NCBI GenBank assembly: GCA_035716135.1
Contig: DASTKD010000594.1
Location: 1 to 51,966, forward strand
Length of the DNA: 51,966 bases
Direction of reading: 5' to 3'
From: Ktedonobacteraceae bacterium
GTDB lineage: Bacteria > Chloroflexota > Ktedonobacteria > Ktedonobacterales > Ktedonobacteraceae
Shown: positions 25,584 to 35,277 of the stretch, in pieces
Layout of the letters: each line of letters begins with the position of its first letter
How positions within the stretch are numbered: the first letter of the stretch is position 1
Program-made: the position numbers and the translations under genes
Notes under the pieces: generated by a model
The model's input: only the letters and a program-made list of their open reading frames with translations
Told to the model about the DNA's origin: nothing
Databases searched by the model: none

Positions 25584-25964
25584 ATGGCAAACATTGTCCC
25601 GTACATCACTTTCGCGAAGAATGGACAGGAGGCGATCACGTTTTACAAGAGGGTGTTCGGTGGTGATGCCGAGGTGCAGGTTGAGGGCGAGCGCGTGATA
25701 CACCTGGACTTCCAGGCCGACGGTATTCACTTTATGGGCAGCGACCTCCAAAGCGATCAGGCTGGGTTGGAGCGCGATAACACTTACAGTCTGGTACTCA
25801 ATTGTGACAGCGAGGAACAGCTGCGAGATTTCTATGCCGGGCTAGTGGACGGCGGCACAGAGGTGTTTGCGCCGACCGACAGCGGCTGGGGTGCCATCAT
25901 CGCCCACTGCACCGACCAGTTCGGTGTCGCCTGGCTGATGAACTACGACCAGCCACAGAGCTAG
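25584..25964 (+). CDS. VOC-family protein (PhnB / YjdN-like)
   Basis: MANIVPYITFAKNGQEAITFYKRVFGG... and ...DQFGVAWLMNY are typical of the PhnB-like subfamily. SD AAGGAAAG upstream. Confidence 0.85.
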   Translation: MANIVPYITFAKNGQEAITFYKRVFGGDAEVQVEGERVIHLDFQADGIHFMGSDLQSDQAGLERDNTYSLVLNCDSEEQLRDFYAGLVDGGTEVFAPTDSGWGAIIAHCTDQFGVAWLMNYDQPQS

Positions 25965-26409
25965 CCGTCGGGGATGTCACGCGCATGAGTGGCCTATGAT
26001 CGAATCTCCTCTTGTCCGTCAGGGAGGAGTGTACATCCCAACAGTATACTAACGAAAATACCGCACGTATCCTGGTAAACATTCGTTGGTCCTTTGGCAT
26101 CGTCTTGTCCCTCCGTGAAGAATGTCCACTTCTTCAAGTTTACTTTCTCCATTTTCCTGGGTCAAGACCAGCTGCGACATGATCCCAGGGACGGACATTC
26201 CCCCTGGAGCAGGTCATTCACGATGTACTCAACATGAGAGGCGAGGCAAAGAAGCAATAAAGGTACATAGTCATGCACTCTTGCGCGGCCAGAATTGACA
26301 TGAAGATGGTTCTCCGTGTAATCTTCAGATAGTGAAATGATGAGATCGGGGAAGAAAGCAAAGGGGAAAAGATCATCTACGGATCTGGAATCAGAAGAGG
26401 AAGAACAAC

Positions 26410-28776
26410 ATGAGCGAAGCAACAACAAAAGATCGTTCTCAACAGCCAGATGCACCGGAGCAGAAGATACGACGCCGTGAAGACCTGGTGTTACTCACTG
26501 GCCGGGGGCAATATGTGGGCGATATTCGTCGTCCAGGGATGCTCTCTATCAGTTTTGTGCGCAGTCCCTATCCCCATGCCCGTATTGTCGCAATTGATAC
26601 GCAAGAGGCGCTGGCCCATCCAGGCGTGGTGACAGTGGTGACAGGAGCGGACACCGCGCATTTAGGCGAGTTGCTCACGAATTTATTTCCCGGTTCAGCA
26701 TGGGTGCCTCAGCCACCCATGCCGCGTGAGGAAGTCAACTATGCCGGTGAACCGGTAGCAGCAGTGGTGGCCGAGAACGAAACAGCAGCGCTCGAAGCTG
26801 CCGAACTCGTTGGAGTTGATTATGAAGTGTTGCCCTCTGTTGGAGGACTGGATGCCGCGCTCAAAGAGGACGGGCCGAAGATCTTCAATGAGCAAAGTAA
26901 TATTGCTGCAACCAGAGAAAAGACGCTTGGCGATGTAGAAGCAGGATTCGCCCAGGCTGATAAGGTCGTCTCATTGTACATGCGGCAACCACGCCTGGCG
27001 CTGGTGCCTATGGAACCGCGAGGCATTGTTGCCGAAGGACATGCTGATGGCACCCTCTCGGTTTGGATCTCCAGTCAGTCGATCTGGTTGGCTCGTCTCC
27101 AACTGGCGACGACGCTGCACCTGGCACCGACGGACATCAAGATCACCGTTCCACATGTAGGAGGAGCCTTTGGCGGCAAGACCCGACTCAGTGGTGAAGA
27201 GGTCGTGACGGCATTCCTGGCGCACAAGCTGCAACGACCTGTACGCTGGTTGGAGAGTCGTGAGGACAATATCGTCTCGATGGGGCATGGCCGGGGTCTC
27301 AATGCCAGCGAGCAGGCGGCTGTTCGCAAGGATGGAACTATCCTGGCGCTCAAAGCCGAGTTTTTTGCCGATCTGGGTGCCTATCCCGGCGATTACAGCA
27401 TCCTCACTGTCGATTCAACCGCCGGGATGATCTCTGGCACGTATGCTATCCCGGCGATTACGACCATTATCAACGCCGTGAAAACCAATGCTGTTCCCAC
27501 CGGCCCCTATCGAGGAGCCGGACGACCAGAAGCCTGCTATTGTATCGAGCGCACTCTGGATGCCATTGCTCATGAACTCTCTCTGGACCCTGTTGACGTG
27601 CGCAGGCGAAACCTGATCCCCCGCGAGGCGTTCCCCTACACGACAGCCGCCAGCACAACTTATGATTCCGGCGCGTACAGCTATGCCCTGGATACCCTGC
27701 TGAGCGCCGCGAACTATGAGCAACTGCGCGCTGAACAGGCTCGTCTGCGTACACAGGGACAGCATATCGGTATTGGGCTGTGCGTCTATATCGAGAGTAC
27801 CGCCATGGGAGGTCAGGGCATGAGCGGTCAGCCTGATAGCGGACAGGTACGCATTAGCCCCGAAGGCAAGATTCTCGTCGAGAGCGCGTCAGTTGATAGT
27901 GGGCAAGGTCATGCCACTTCATTTGCCATAATCGTCGCCCAGGAGTTCGGGGTTCCTCTTGAGCAGGTTGAGGTCTACATCGGAGACACGCCCAATAGCC
28001 ATTCGCTTGCTACCTTTGCCAGCCGCAGTATGGGCGTCGGAGGCGTCGCGCTCAAGCACTCGGCCCAGGCCGTCAAAGCGCAAATGCTCAAATTAGCCTC
28101 GCATCTGCTCGAAGTGGACGAGGGCGATCTCGAACTGCGCGAGGGACGTGTGCAGGTCTCTGGCGCTCCCGGCAAAGCATATACCTTCGCCCAACTGGCG
28201 AGTATTGCCGAGAACCCTGTACAGAAAACGCAGTTTCCCGATGACCTCCAGAAAGAACTGCTCAAGGGACTGTGCAGTATGCAGGGCTTCGAGCCAGCCG
28301 ATTTATCGTATCCCTTTGGCGCGCATCTGGCTGTCGTACAGATAGACCCTGAGACCGGCGAAGTGCATATCCAACGCTACGTTGCGGTAGATGATTACGG
28401 CCATGTCCTTGTCCCTACGCTGGTAGAGGGTCAGACACATGGGGCTATTACTCAAGGCATCGGTCAGGCTCTCTGCGAACAGATGGCTTACGATGTGAAT
28501 GGGCAGGTACTCAGCGCAACTCTGATGGACTACGCTGTCCCACTTGCCAAAGAGTTGCCTCATTACGAGCTAACTCTGACCGAGACACCAAGCCCGCTCA
28601 ACATTCTGGGGGTGAAAGGAGCCGGTGAGGCTGGCACAGTAGCCGCCCCGGCTACGGTTGCCAATGCTGTTATCGACGCGCTACTTCCCCTGGGAGTCAC
28701 ATCTCTGGATGTCCCGTTGACGCCTCACAATGTCTGGCAGGCTATCCAGAAAGCCAGAGTGGAAACCGGTTCATGA
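26410..28776 (+). CDS. molybdopterin-binding large subunit of the xanthine dehydrogenase / aldehyde oxidase / CoxL family
   Basis: 788 aa. N-terminus LTGRGQYVGDI, GPYRGAGRPE active-site-loop region, C-terminal GVKGAGEAGTVAAPA. No adjacent [2Fe-2S] or FAD subunit genes. Confidence 0.9.
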   Translation: MSEATTKDRSQQPDAPEQKIRRREDLVLLTGRGQYVGDIRRPGMLSISFVRSPYPHARIVAIDTQEALAHPGVVTVVTGADTAHLGELLTNLFPGSAWVPQPPMPREEVNYAGEPVAAVVAENETAALEAAELVGVDYEVLPSVGGLDAALKEDGPKIFNEQSNIAATREKTLGDVEAGFAQADKVVSLYMRQPRLALVPMEPRGIVAEGHADGTLSVWISSQSIWLARLQLATTLHLAPTDIKITVPHVGGAFGGKTRLSGEEVVTAFLAHKLQRPVRWLESREDNIVSMGHGRGLNASEQAAVRKDGTILALKAEFFADLGAYPGDYSILTVDSTAGMISGTYAIPAITTIINAVKTNAVPTGPYRGAGRPEACYCIERTLDAIAHELSLDPVDVRRRNLIPREAFPYTTAASTTYDSGAYSYALDTLLSAANYEQLRAEQARLRTQGQHIGIGLCVYIESTAMGGQGMSGQPDSGQVRISPEGKILVESASVDSGQGHATSFAIIVAQEFGVPLEQVEVYIGDTPNSHSLATFASRSMGVGGVALKHSAQAVKAQMLKLASHLLEVDEGDLELREGRVQVSGAPGKAYTFAQLASIAENPVQKTQFPDDLQKELLKGLCSMQGFEPADLSYPFGAHLAVVQIDPETGEVHIQRYVAVDDYGHVLVPTLVEGQTHGAITQGIGQALCEQMAYDVNGQVLSATLMDYAVPLAKELPHYELTLTETPSPLNILGVKGAGEAGTVAAPATVANAVIDALLPLGVTSLDVPLTPHNVWQAIQKARVETGS

Positions 28777-28806
28777 AGCGATATCCGATGGAGCCTTCCT
28801 CGTTTC

Positions 28807-30231
28807 TCAGAGAATTGAGGGATGGCGATGGCTCCAGGGCAACGCCTGTTCGAGCTGTGCTGCCAGCCGCAAGAGGGTAGCTTCATCGCCATAGCGTGCT
28901 ACCAGTTGCACACCTATGGGCAACCCCTCGCTCGATTGTCCCAGAGGCAGGCTTATGGCTGGTTGCCCTGTCATGTTGAAGAGTGGAGTAAAGGGAATCA
29001 GCGTGAACAATTTGTTGAGCCAGCCCCTGGGATCAAGGCTCGGATCGTTCTGGTTGAGAAACCCCGGCAAAGGGGGTGGAGTAGCGACAGTCGGAGTCAC
29101 CAGCACATCGTAAGAGCCGAAGAATGCGCTCACGCCTCTGGTCATGATATTGCAGAGTCTCAGCGCCCTGAGCAGGTCCACTGCCGTGAGTTGGCGTCCG
29201 TATTCCACGCTGGCAAGCGTCACCGCCTCTAGCACATCCGGGCCGACATCAATCCCACGAGCGCGAGCGATGCCAAGAGCGCTATCAGCAACCGATGCCG
29301 TCCAGATCGGGAGATTGGCGTCAACGAAGCATTCCCAATCTACCTGTGGGCTGGCTTCCTCTATATCGTGACCCATCGCCCCCAGTTCGTGGCAGACCAT
29401 CGAGACAGTATCTACATACTCTTTGTCAACAGGCACTCCTGACCAGGTCTGTGTAGTCATCGCTATGCGCAATCGCCCTGGAGGAGCGCCAACTTCTTGA
29501 GCATAGGGACGTTCAGGCGGGGCGGCGAAATATTTGTCTCCAATACCTGGGCCACTTACGGCATCGAGCAAGGCCGCCGTATCTCGCACCGTCCGCGCCA
29601 GAGCAAAATCAACGCCAAGACCTGAGAGGCGTTCATCGGAATCCGGTCCTGTTGGGGTACGTCCTCGTGTTGGTTTAAGCCCAACCAGTCCACACCAGGC
29701 AGCAGGAATGCGAAGCGAGCCGGCTCCATCAGTGCCATGGGCTACCGGAATCGCCCGCGCTGCCACCAGGGCCGCGGACCCTCCGCTTGATCCTCCCGAA
29801 CTACGCGAGAGGTTCCAGGGGTTGTGTGTAGGTCCATTGGAGACAGGCTCGGTGGTCGCATTGAAGCCGAACTCCGGGGTTGCGGTGCGCCCCAGCGTTA
29901 CCAGCCCCGCCTGCTTGAACCGTGTCATGAGATCGGTATCATGGGGAAAGACGATCCCTTCCCCGGTCAGTCGTGTCCCTATGCCTGTCTTGACCCCTGC
30001 CGCGTGAATCGAAAGATCTTTGACAACGAAAGGAACCCCGGCAAACGGTCCAGTGGGCGAGGACGGCAGCGCTTCCTCAAACAGGTCTCCAACGAGAGCG
30101 TTCAAGGTCGGATTCACAGCCAGAATCGCCTGACGAGCGAGTTGTTGCACCTCCTGAGCTGAAACCTGTCCACTCTTTATCAAATGCGCGAGGCCAACCG
30201 CATCGTAATCACTATACTCTGAAAAGCGCAT
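28807..30231 (-). CDS. amidase-signature family amidase
   Basis: GGSSGGSAALVAA Gly/Ser-rich signature and catalytic-Lys context (VPFVVKD). Confidence 0.9.
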   Translation of the reverse strand: MRFSEYSDYDAVGLAHLIKSGQVSAQEVQQLARQAILAVNPTLNALVGDLFEEALPSSPTGPFAGVPFVVKDLSIHAAGVKTGIGTRLTGEGIVFPHDTDLMTRFKQAGLVTLGRTATPEFGFNATTEPVSNGPTHNPWNLSRSSGGSSGGSAALVAARAIPVAHGTDGAGSLRIPAAWCGLVGLKPTRGRTPTGPDSDERLSGLGVDFALARTVRDTAALLDAVSGPGIGDKYFAAPPERPYAQEVGAPPGRLRIAMTTQTWSGVPVDKEYVDTVSMVCHELGAMGHDIEEASPQVDWECFVDANLPIWTASVADSALGIARARGIDVGPDVLEAVTLASVEYGRQLTAVDLLRALRLCNIMTRGVSAFFGSYDVLVTPTVATPPPLPGFLNQNDPSLDPRGWLNKLFTLIPFTPLFNMTGQPAISLPLGQSSEGLPIGVQLVARYGDEATLLRLAAQLEQALPWSHRHPSIL

Positions 30232-30434
30232 AATGCCTCCTGTCTTTGCATGGACGATACCTGTTCATGCCTGTGAAGCGACTCTACACACAGGGATGAC
30301 CTTCCAGAACGAGAGTTTCCGCACAGCGCAAGACCCATTTCCACCTGAAGCTCTCTAGCAGATATACAGTATAGCACACGCGGAAGCTGTGCAGCAGGAT
30401 TTTGCATCCATCAGGACGCGCACCTGCTGTAGTT

Positions 30435-31178
30435 CTACAATACCCAGATCTGCGCGTTTGTGTAGATCACCTCAGCCGGTTCGGTTGAGTCGCTGACTGA
30501 CACTCCCAGAAAGCCGTTACTATAGGTTGAGTCCTGCACCTGCGTTACAAACTTCCGATTCACATAAAAGTACATGTGGCTCCCCTGGGCAATCACCGCA
30601 AGCGTGTTCTTCTGACCTGGACCATGCGTAAACGAACTGATAGTACCCTCACTAAGTTCAGTAGTCCAATTGTGGTTTTGTTCAATGAAGATACGATACT
30701 GCCCGTCTGGGAAAACATGAAAAAAATAAAGATTCCCCGCCGTTGTATCGCCGCGCAAAGTCAAGCCGCCCGTTCCGCTTAGCATTCTGATCTCGATCTG
30801 GAACCCAAAATTACTGAACCTTCCCCGTCCCGACGTGCAATAGGTAACATGATTGGGATCTAAAATGTGAACATGCAAACCATCGCTCTTGATCTCGCAT
30901 CCATACTTAGGCTTCTCAAATACAGTCCATATACTTGATGATGGGTCTTGTAATGGGTCTACAACGAAAGGCTTCTGGCTCGTTAGCTGCTGGTAAAGCT
31001 GGCTGGCATTGAGAGTCGAGTTGCCGGTAGGGGTTAAAGCAGGCAAATTGGTGGACACGTTGTAGCGGGATTGCCCGATGCGGATGCCAACGAAAACGCC
31101 GCCAAAGATCAACAAGAGTAGCAGAATTACGGTGAGTGGTGGTCTCCGGCGTTTAGGAACTGGCGCAACAGGTGGCAC
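30435..31178 (-). CDS. membrane-anchored extracytoplasmic domain protein (probable 3' part of a frameshifted gene)
   Basis: KRRRPPLTVILLLLLIFGGVFVGI TM anchor, then about 200 aa of beta-rich domain. GTG start without a convincing SD, and 52 nt of overlap with the upstream ORF. Confidence 0.6.
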   Translation of the reverse strand: MPPVAPVPKRRRPPLTVILLLLLIFGGVFVGIRIGQSRYNVSTNLPALTPTGNSTLNASQLYQQLTSQKPFVVDPLQDPSSSIWTVFEKPKYGCEIKSDGLHVHILDPNHVTYCTSGRGRFSNFGFQIEIRMLSGTGGLTLRGDTTAGNLYFFHVFPDGQYRIFIEQNHNWTTELSEGTISSFTHGPGQKNTLAVIAQGSHMYFYVNRKFVTQVQDSTYSNGFLGVSVSDSTEPAEVIYTNAQIWVL

Positions 31179-31459
31179 AAAATCGGGGGCATCGAACCAG
31201 GGGTAGTTGGATAATTGCCCGGCGGTACATAACTGTCCGGTGCAGACAAAATAGAAGGGGATGGAGCCTCTACACTGGCAGACATCCCCATCGGAGCCGG
31301 TATTCCACTATACTCGGCCCAGGCAGGCTCAAAATACGGTGATCCTCTTTCACTCACTGCCGAAGGCACGGGAGACATCGCTTCAGAAAGGGGCGCGCCA
31401 CAATTGCCACACTGGACAATGCCATCCGGCACAATCGCGCCACACTTGAGACATTGCAT
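31127..31459 (-). CDS. zinc-ribbon protein with a Pro-rich linker (probable 5' part of the same frameshifted gene)
   Basis: MQCLKCGAIVPDGIVQCGNCGAPL zinc ribbon, a Pro/Ser-rich linker, then an unnatural-looking tail (ILCHLLRQFLNAGDHHSP) after a C5/T4 run. Confidence 0.6.
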   Translation of the reverse strand: MQCLKCGAIVPDGIVQCGNCGAPLSEAMSPVPSAVSERGSPYFEPAWAEYSGIPAPMGMSASVEAPSPSILSAPDSYVPPGNYPTTPGSMPPILCHLLRQFLNAGDHHSP

Positions 31460-31643
31460 ACTGATAATAACTCCTGACTACACAATTTAATAGCCTGGTC
31501 ACTTGCGCGGTGCCAGTATAGCACGGGTTTAAGCCACACGTCATCTTCCAGGACAAAAGCCCTACAAGTTGACTGCCAGCATGTGCTATACTCTATTTCA
31601 GGGTATGTCTGACTACCTGGTCGCTCGTTTGAGGGAAGTAATC

Positions 31644-33218
31644 ATGGTCCGAATTTTCGCCAGCAGAAGAGATAGCAAGTCGCACGATGGTGCGCATCAG
31701 AGCATCCCTCTTTTCGATGGCTCGTCTAAGAGCGAAACGCATATTCCACATGTGCGAGTGGCAATTCTGGGAGCGGGATTCTCCGGTCTGGGTATGGCAA
31801 TTCGCCTCAAGCAGCGCGGCCAGCATGATTTCGTCGTGATCGAAAAGGCATTAGACATTGGGGGAACCTGGCGCGACAACACCTATCCGGGCTGCGCCTG
31901 TGATGTCCCGTCGCATCTGTATTCTTTCTCCTTTGCGCTCAACCCGCGTTGGAGCCGTTCGTACTCCTCCCAGCGCGAGATCTGGGACTATTTACGGCGT
32001 TGCGCGCGGCGTTTTGGCATCCTTCCCCATATACGCTGGAACAACGAATTGCTGGACGCCTGGTGGAACGAAGAAGACCAGCGCTGGCATATTCGCACCA
32101 CACAGGGCCGGTTTACTGCCAACTTTCTCATCCTCGGCAATGGCCCGCTCAGCGAACCGGCCTTGCCATCCATCAAGGGCATCGAGCAATTCGAGGGGGT
32201 ATTGTTTCACTCCTCGCAATGGAACCACGATTATGATTTTACGGGGAAGCGCGTGGCTGTGATCGGGACAGGTGCCTCGGCCATCCAGTTTGTCCCACGC
32301 ATCCAGTCGAGCGTTGCGCATCTGTCCCTGTTCCAGCGCACACCGCCCTGGATTCTTCCGCGCCTGGATCACGCCATCCCTGCATGGCAACAGACCATGT
32401 TTCGCTTGCTACCACTGACCCAGCGTATCGCGCGCGCGACTATATACTGGCAGCGCGAGATATTTGTGATCGGGTTTATCTACCGGCCACACATGCTGGA
32501 GGCAGGCATGAAGATTGGCCGACGACACCTGGAGAGGCATGTTGCAGACCCGGTTCTACGGGCAAAGCTCACGCCTCAATATGCCCTGGGCTGCAAGCGA
32601 ATCCTGTTGTCAGATGACTTCTACCCCGCCATTACCAGACCTAATGTTGAGGTCATCACTGACCGCATCCGCGAGATACGCGCCAACAGCATCATCACGG
32701 AGGACGGCAGGGAACACGAGATCGATACGATTATTTGCGGGACGGGCTTTCATGTGACCGACGCGCAGCTTCCCTACTGCGTACACGGACGCGGCGGTCA
32801 ATCGCTCGCCGAAAGCTGGCAAGCAGGCCCCAATGCGTATCTCGGCACAACTGTTTCGGGCTTCCCCAACCTGTTCCTGATGATAGGCCCAAACACGGGA
32901 CTGGGGCATACCAGTATGGTCTACATGATCGAGTCGCAGGTTGAGTACATTCTGGACTGCCTGCACACCCTGGAACGGCGCAATATGCAAACGGCAGAAG
33001 TGCGACCTGAGATTCAAGAAGCGTTCAATACCGAGGTACAAAAGCGAATGCGAGGTACCGTCTGGACTTCTGGTTGCGCCAGTTGGTACCTTGATGCCAG
33101 AGGGCGCAATACTACTCTCTGGCCCGGCTTCACCTTTGCATTCCGGCGCAGGACACGCCGCTTCGATTCACGGCATTACAACCTGACTCCCCAGAAAGCG
33201 CCTGTTCTTGCACCCTGA
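31644..33218 (+). CDS. class B flavin-dependent monooxygenase (FMO / Baeyer-Villiger type)
   Basis: FAD GxGxxG (ILGAGFSGLG), the fingerprint FEGVLFHSSQW (FxGxxxHxxxW) and NADPH GxGxxA (VIGTGASA). GAGGGA SD before ATG 31644. Confidence 0.9.
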   Translation: MVRIFASRRDSKSHDGAHQSIPLFDGSSKSETHIPHVRVAILGAGFSGLGMAIRLKQRGQHDFVVIEKALDIGGTWRDNTYPGCACDVPSHLYSFSFALNPRWSRSYSSQREIWDYLRRCARRFGILPHIRWNNELLDAWWNEEDQRWHIRTTQGRFTANFLILGNGPLSEPALPSIKGIEQFEGVLFHSSQWNHDYDFTGKRVAVIGTGASAIQFVPRIQSSVAHLSLFQRTPPWILPRLDHAIPAWQQTMFRLLPLTQRIARATIYWQREIFVIGFIYRPHMLEAGMKIGRRHLERHVADPVLRAKLTPQYALGCKRILLSDDFYPAITRPNVEVITDRIREIRANSIITEDGREHEIDTIICGTGFHVTDAQLPYCVHGRGGQSLAESWQAGPNAYLGTTVSGFPNLFLMIGPNTGLGHTSMVYMIESQVEYILDCLHTLERRNMQTAEVRPEIQEAFNTEVQKRMRGTVWTSGCASWYLDARGRNTTLWPGFTFAFRRRTRRFDSRHYNLTPQKAPVLAP

Positions 33219-33362
33219 TTTGCTATCATGCGATTTAAAAGTCGCCCTGGACTCGGTATAATATACATTGCATTCTAAAATAGCTGTGTTATATTATAGG
33301 GGTGTTTGTACACTATCGCTATCCTCGCTTTTCATAAAACCTGACCTGGTTGGGGGGACGAC

Positions 33363-35192
33363 ATGACCTTAGATGATCTTCAGAATAATCGCTATCATCA
33401 TTTGCGTTTACTGGGCAGCGGCGGCATGGGTGAAGTATACCTCATGGAAGATACGCGCGTAAGCCGCCAGGTTGCTATTAAAGTCATTCGATCTGAAGGG
33501 AAATCCTATCCCGATAGCAATCCAGAAATTGACGCGAATCGCCTTTTCCAACGCGAGGCAAAAGCCATCGCCGCGCTCGATCATCCCAATATCTTGCCCC
33601 TGTACGATTTCGGCGAAGAAAACCGTGAGAGCGCGACGATCACCTATATGGTCATGCCCTATTGCGCGGATGGAACGCTCGAAGAATGGCTGCGGCAACG
33701 CCCCAGTCGTGTGCTTGCGCCGCAAGAAGTTGCGCATCTGGTAGAGCAGGCGGCAGAAGCCCTCCAGTATGCTCATGACCATAATGTCATGCATCTGGAC
33801 GTGAAGCCGTCGAATTTCCTTTTGCGCATTTCTAAAAAAAATCCAGATCGTCCTGCATTGTTGCTCGCCGACTTCGGCATCGCACGCAGCTTCACGACCG
33901 TTTCCAGTTCTAGCCATACTATTCGTGGAACACCTACATCTATGGCCCCCGAACAATGGAGCAGCACTCCCGTTTTCGCAACCGACCAGTACGCTTTAGC
34001 GGTCATGGCCTATGAATTACTGGTAGGGCGGCCTCCTTTTATTGGCAGGATGGAGCAGTTGATGTACCAGCACTTCAATGCGCAGCCACTGCCGCCCAGT
34101 TCGTATAATCCCCAGTTGACGCCCGCGATAGACGCGGTAATCTTGCGCGCGCTGGCGAAAAAACCAGAGGAGCGTTTTTCCTCTGTAACAGCCTTTGCCA
34201 GCGCATTGACAGAAGCGGCGCAGGGATTATCAACCGTATCAACAAGCGACCTGGAAACCATACGCAGTGATGCTCTCGCTCATTTCGCCACCCTATCGAT
34301 TAGCCAGGCAGAGGCAGCATCGGGTCTCAGTCGTCGCATTACCCTGCCAGGGGGACGACAGATAGTTGTGCCGATACCCGCCGGGGTTCAAAATGGTCAT
34401 GTTATCCGGCTGGCAAACCCTGATGACCCGTCTAGCCAGGGAGATACAATACTTCTATCTATTGCCATCGAGGAATCCGGGTCAACTCCCGCCGCAACAG
34501 AACTGGTAAGCGCCGTCCAGTCTTCCAATACGCCGCCTTCCGCTCTGCTGAAACCACCCGCTGCCGTGTCCGCGATCGACCATAGCCTTCCCACCGTAGC
34601 GACTTCAGCCGCAAGCACATCGTCGCCCACGAAAGAAGCGCCAGTTGTTGAACGGACGCATAAAAGGCGACCAGCAGCCATTATAACACTCTCGATCGCC
34701 GTTGTAATACTTTTAATCGCTGGCACCGTGTTCTTTTATACCACCCATCAGTCCGCTAATCACCCAAACAATATCAACGCGAATAACCTCGCTCACTCGC
34801 CCACCGTAGTGGTCAAGCTTTCGCCATCTCCAACAGTCAAGGCGCAAAATGGCCTCTATATTGCTGGCACATACAACGGGTCTATGTATAACCAGACGAC
34901 GGGCCAGACGACCCTCATCTCGGTATTCGTCGTTCAGACTCAAGGCGACGGTACTTTGAAAGGTTCTGTCACGTTCAAAACATCCCCGCAGGGGGTATAT
35001 ATATTGAATGGAAGCGATGACTTGCAGGGCAATTTTTCTTTTACAGTGCAGCAACCTTCCGGTCAGACCCCACTCTTTTTTTACGGTGCGTTTCAACAAG
35101 CCTCCAGCCTGCTGAAAGGGAACTTTTGTAGCAGTAGTACCGGCCCCTGTTTATCCAATACAGGCTACTTCACGGTTGGGCCGAGGTTTTAA
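33363..35192 (+). CDS. Hanks-type Ser/Thr protein kinase with a TM segment and an extracytoplasmic C-terminal domain
   Basis: LGSGGMGEVYL...AIKVI, HLDVKPSNFLL, DFGIAR, GTPTSMAPEQ. TM IITLSIAVVILLIAGTVFFY at about aa 440. Confidence 0.9.
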   Translation: MTLDDLQNNRYHHLRLLGSGGMGEVYLMEDTRVSRQVAIKVIRSEGKSYPDSNPEIDANRLFQREAKAIAALDHPNILPLYDFGEENRESATITYMVMPYCADGTLEEWLRQRPSRVLAPQEVAHLVEQAAEALQYAHDHNVMHLDVKPSNFLLRISKKNPDRPALLLADFGIARSFTTVSSSSHTIRGTPTSMAPEQWSSTPVFATDQYALAVMAYELLVGRPPFIGRMEQLMYQHFNAQPLPPSSYNPQLTPAIDAVILRALAKKPEERFSSVTAFASALTEAAQGLSTVSTSDLETIRSDALAHFATLSISQAEAASGLSRRITLPGGRQIVVPIPAGVQNGHVIRLANPDDPSSQGDTILLSIAIEESGSTPAATELVSAVQSSNTPPSALLKPPAAVSAIDHSLPTVATSAASTSSPTKEAPVVERTHKRRPAAIITLSIAVVILLIAGTVFFYTTHQSANHPNNINANNLAHSPTVVVKLSPSPTVKAQNGLYIAGTYNGSMYNQTTGQTTLISVFVVQTQGDGTLKGSVTFKTSPQGVYILNGSDDLQGNFSFTVQQPSGQTPLFFYGAFQQASSLLKGNFCSSSTGPCLSNTGYFTVGPRF

Positions 35193-35277
35193 CAGCCAGC
35201 GAATGCTACAATAGCATATGGTCAGAACTGGATGGCGGAAAATCTCGAAAGGGTGCTAGAAACGTACAGGTGATCCC

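Noticed and set aside
25233-28776. Possible functional link between selC and the neighbouring molybdenum hydroxylase (selenium-dependent Mo hydroxylases)
   Set aside because: The known selenium-dependent molybdenum hydroxylases use a labile selenium cofactor rather than tRNA-Sec-inserted selenocysteine. The ORF has no in-frame TGA, so proximity alone is not evidence.
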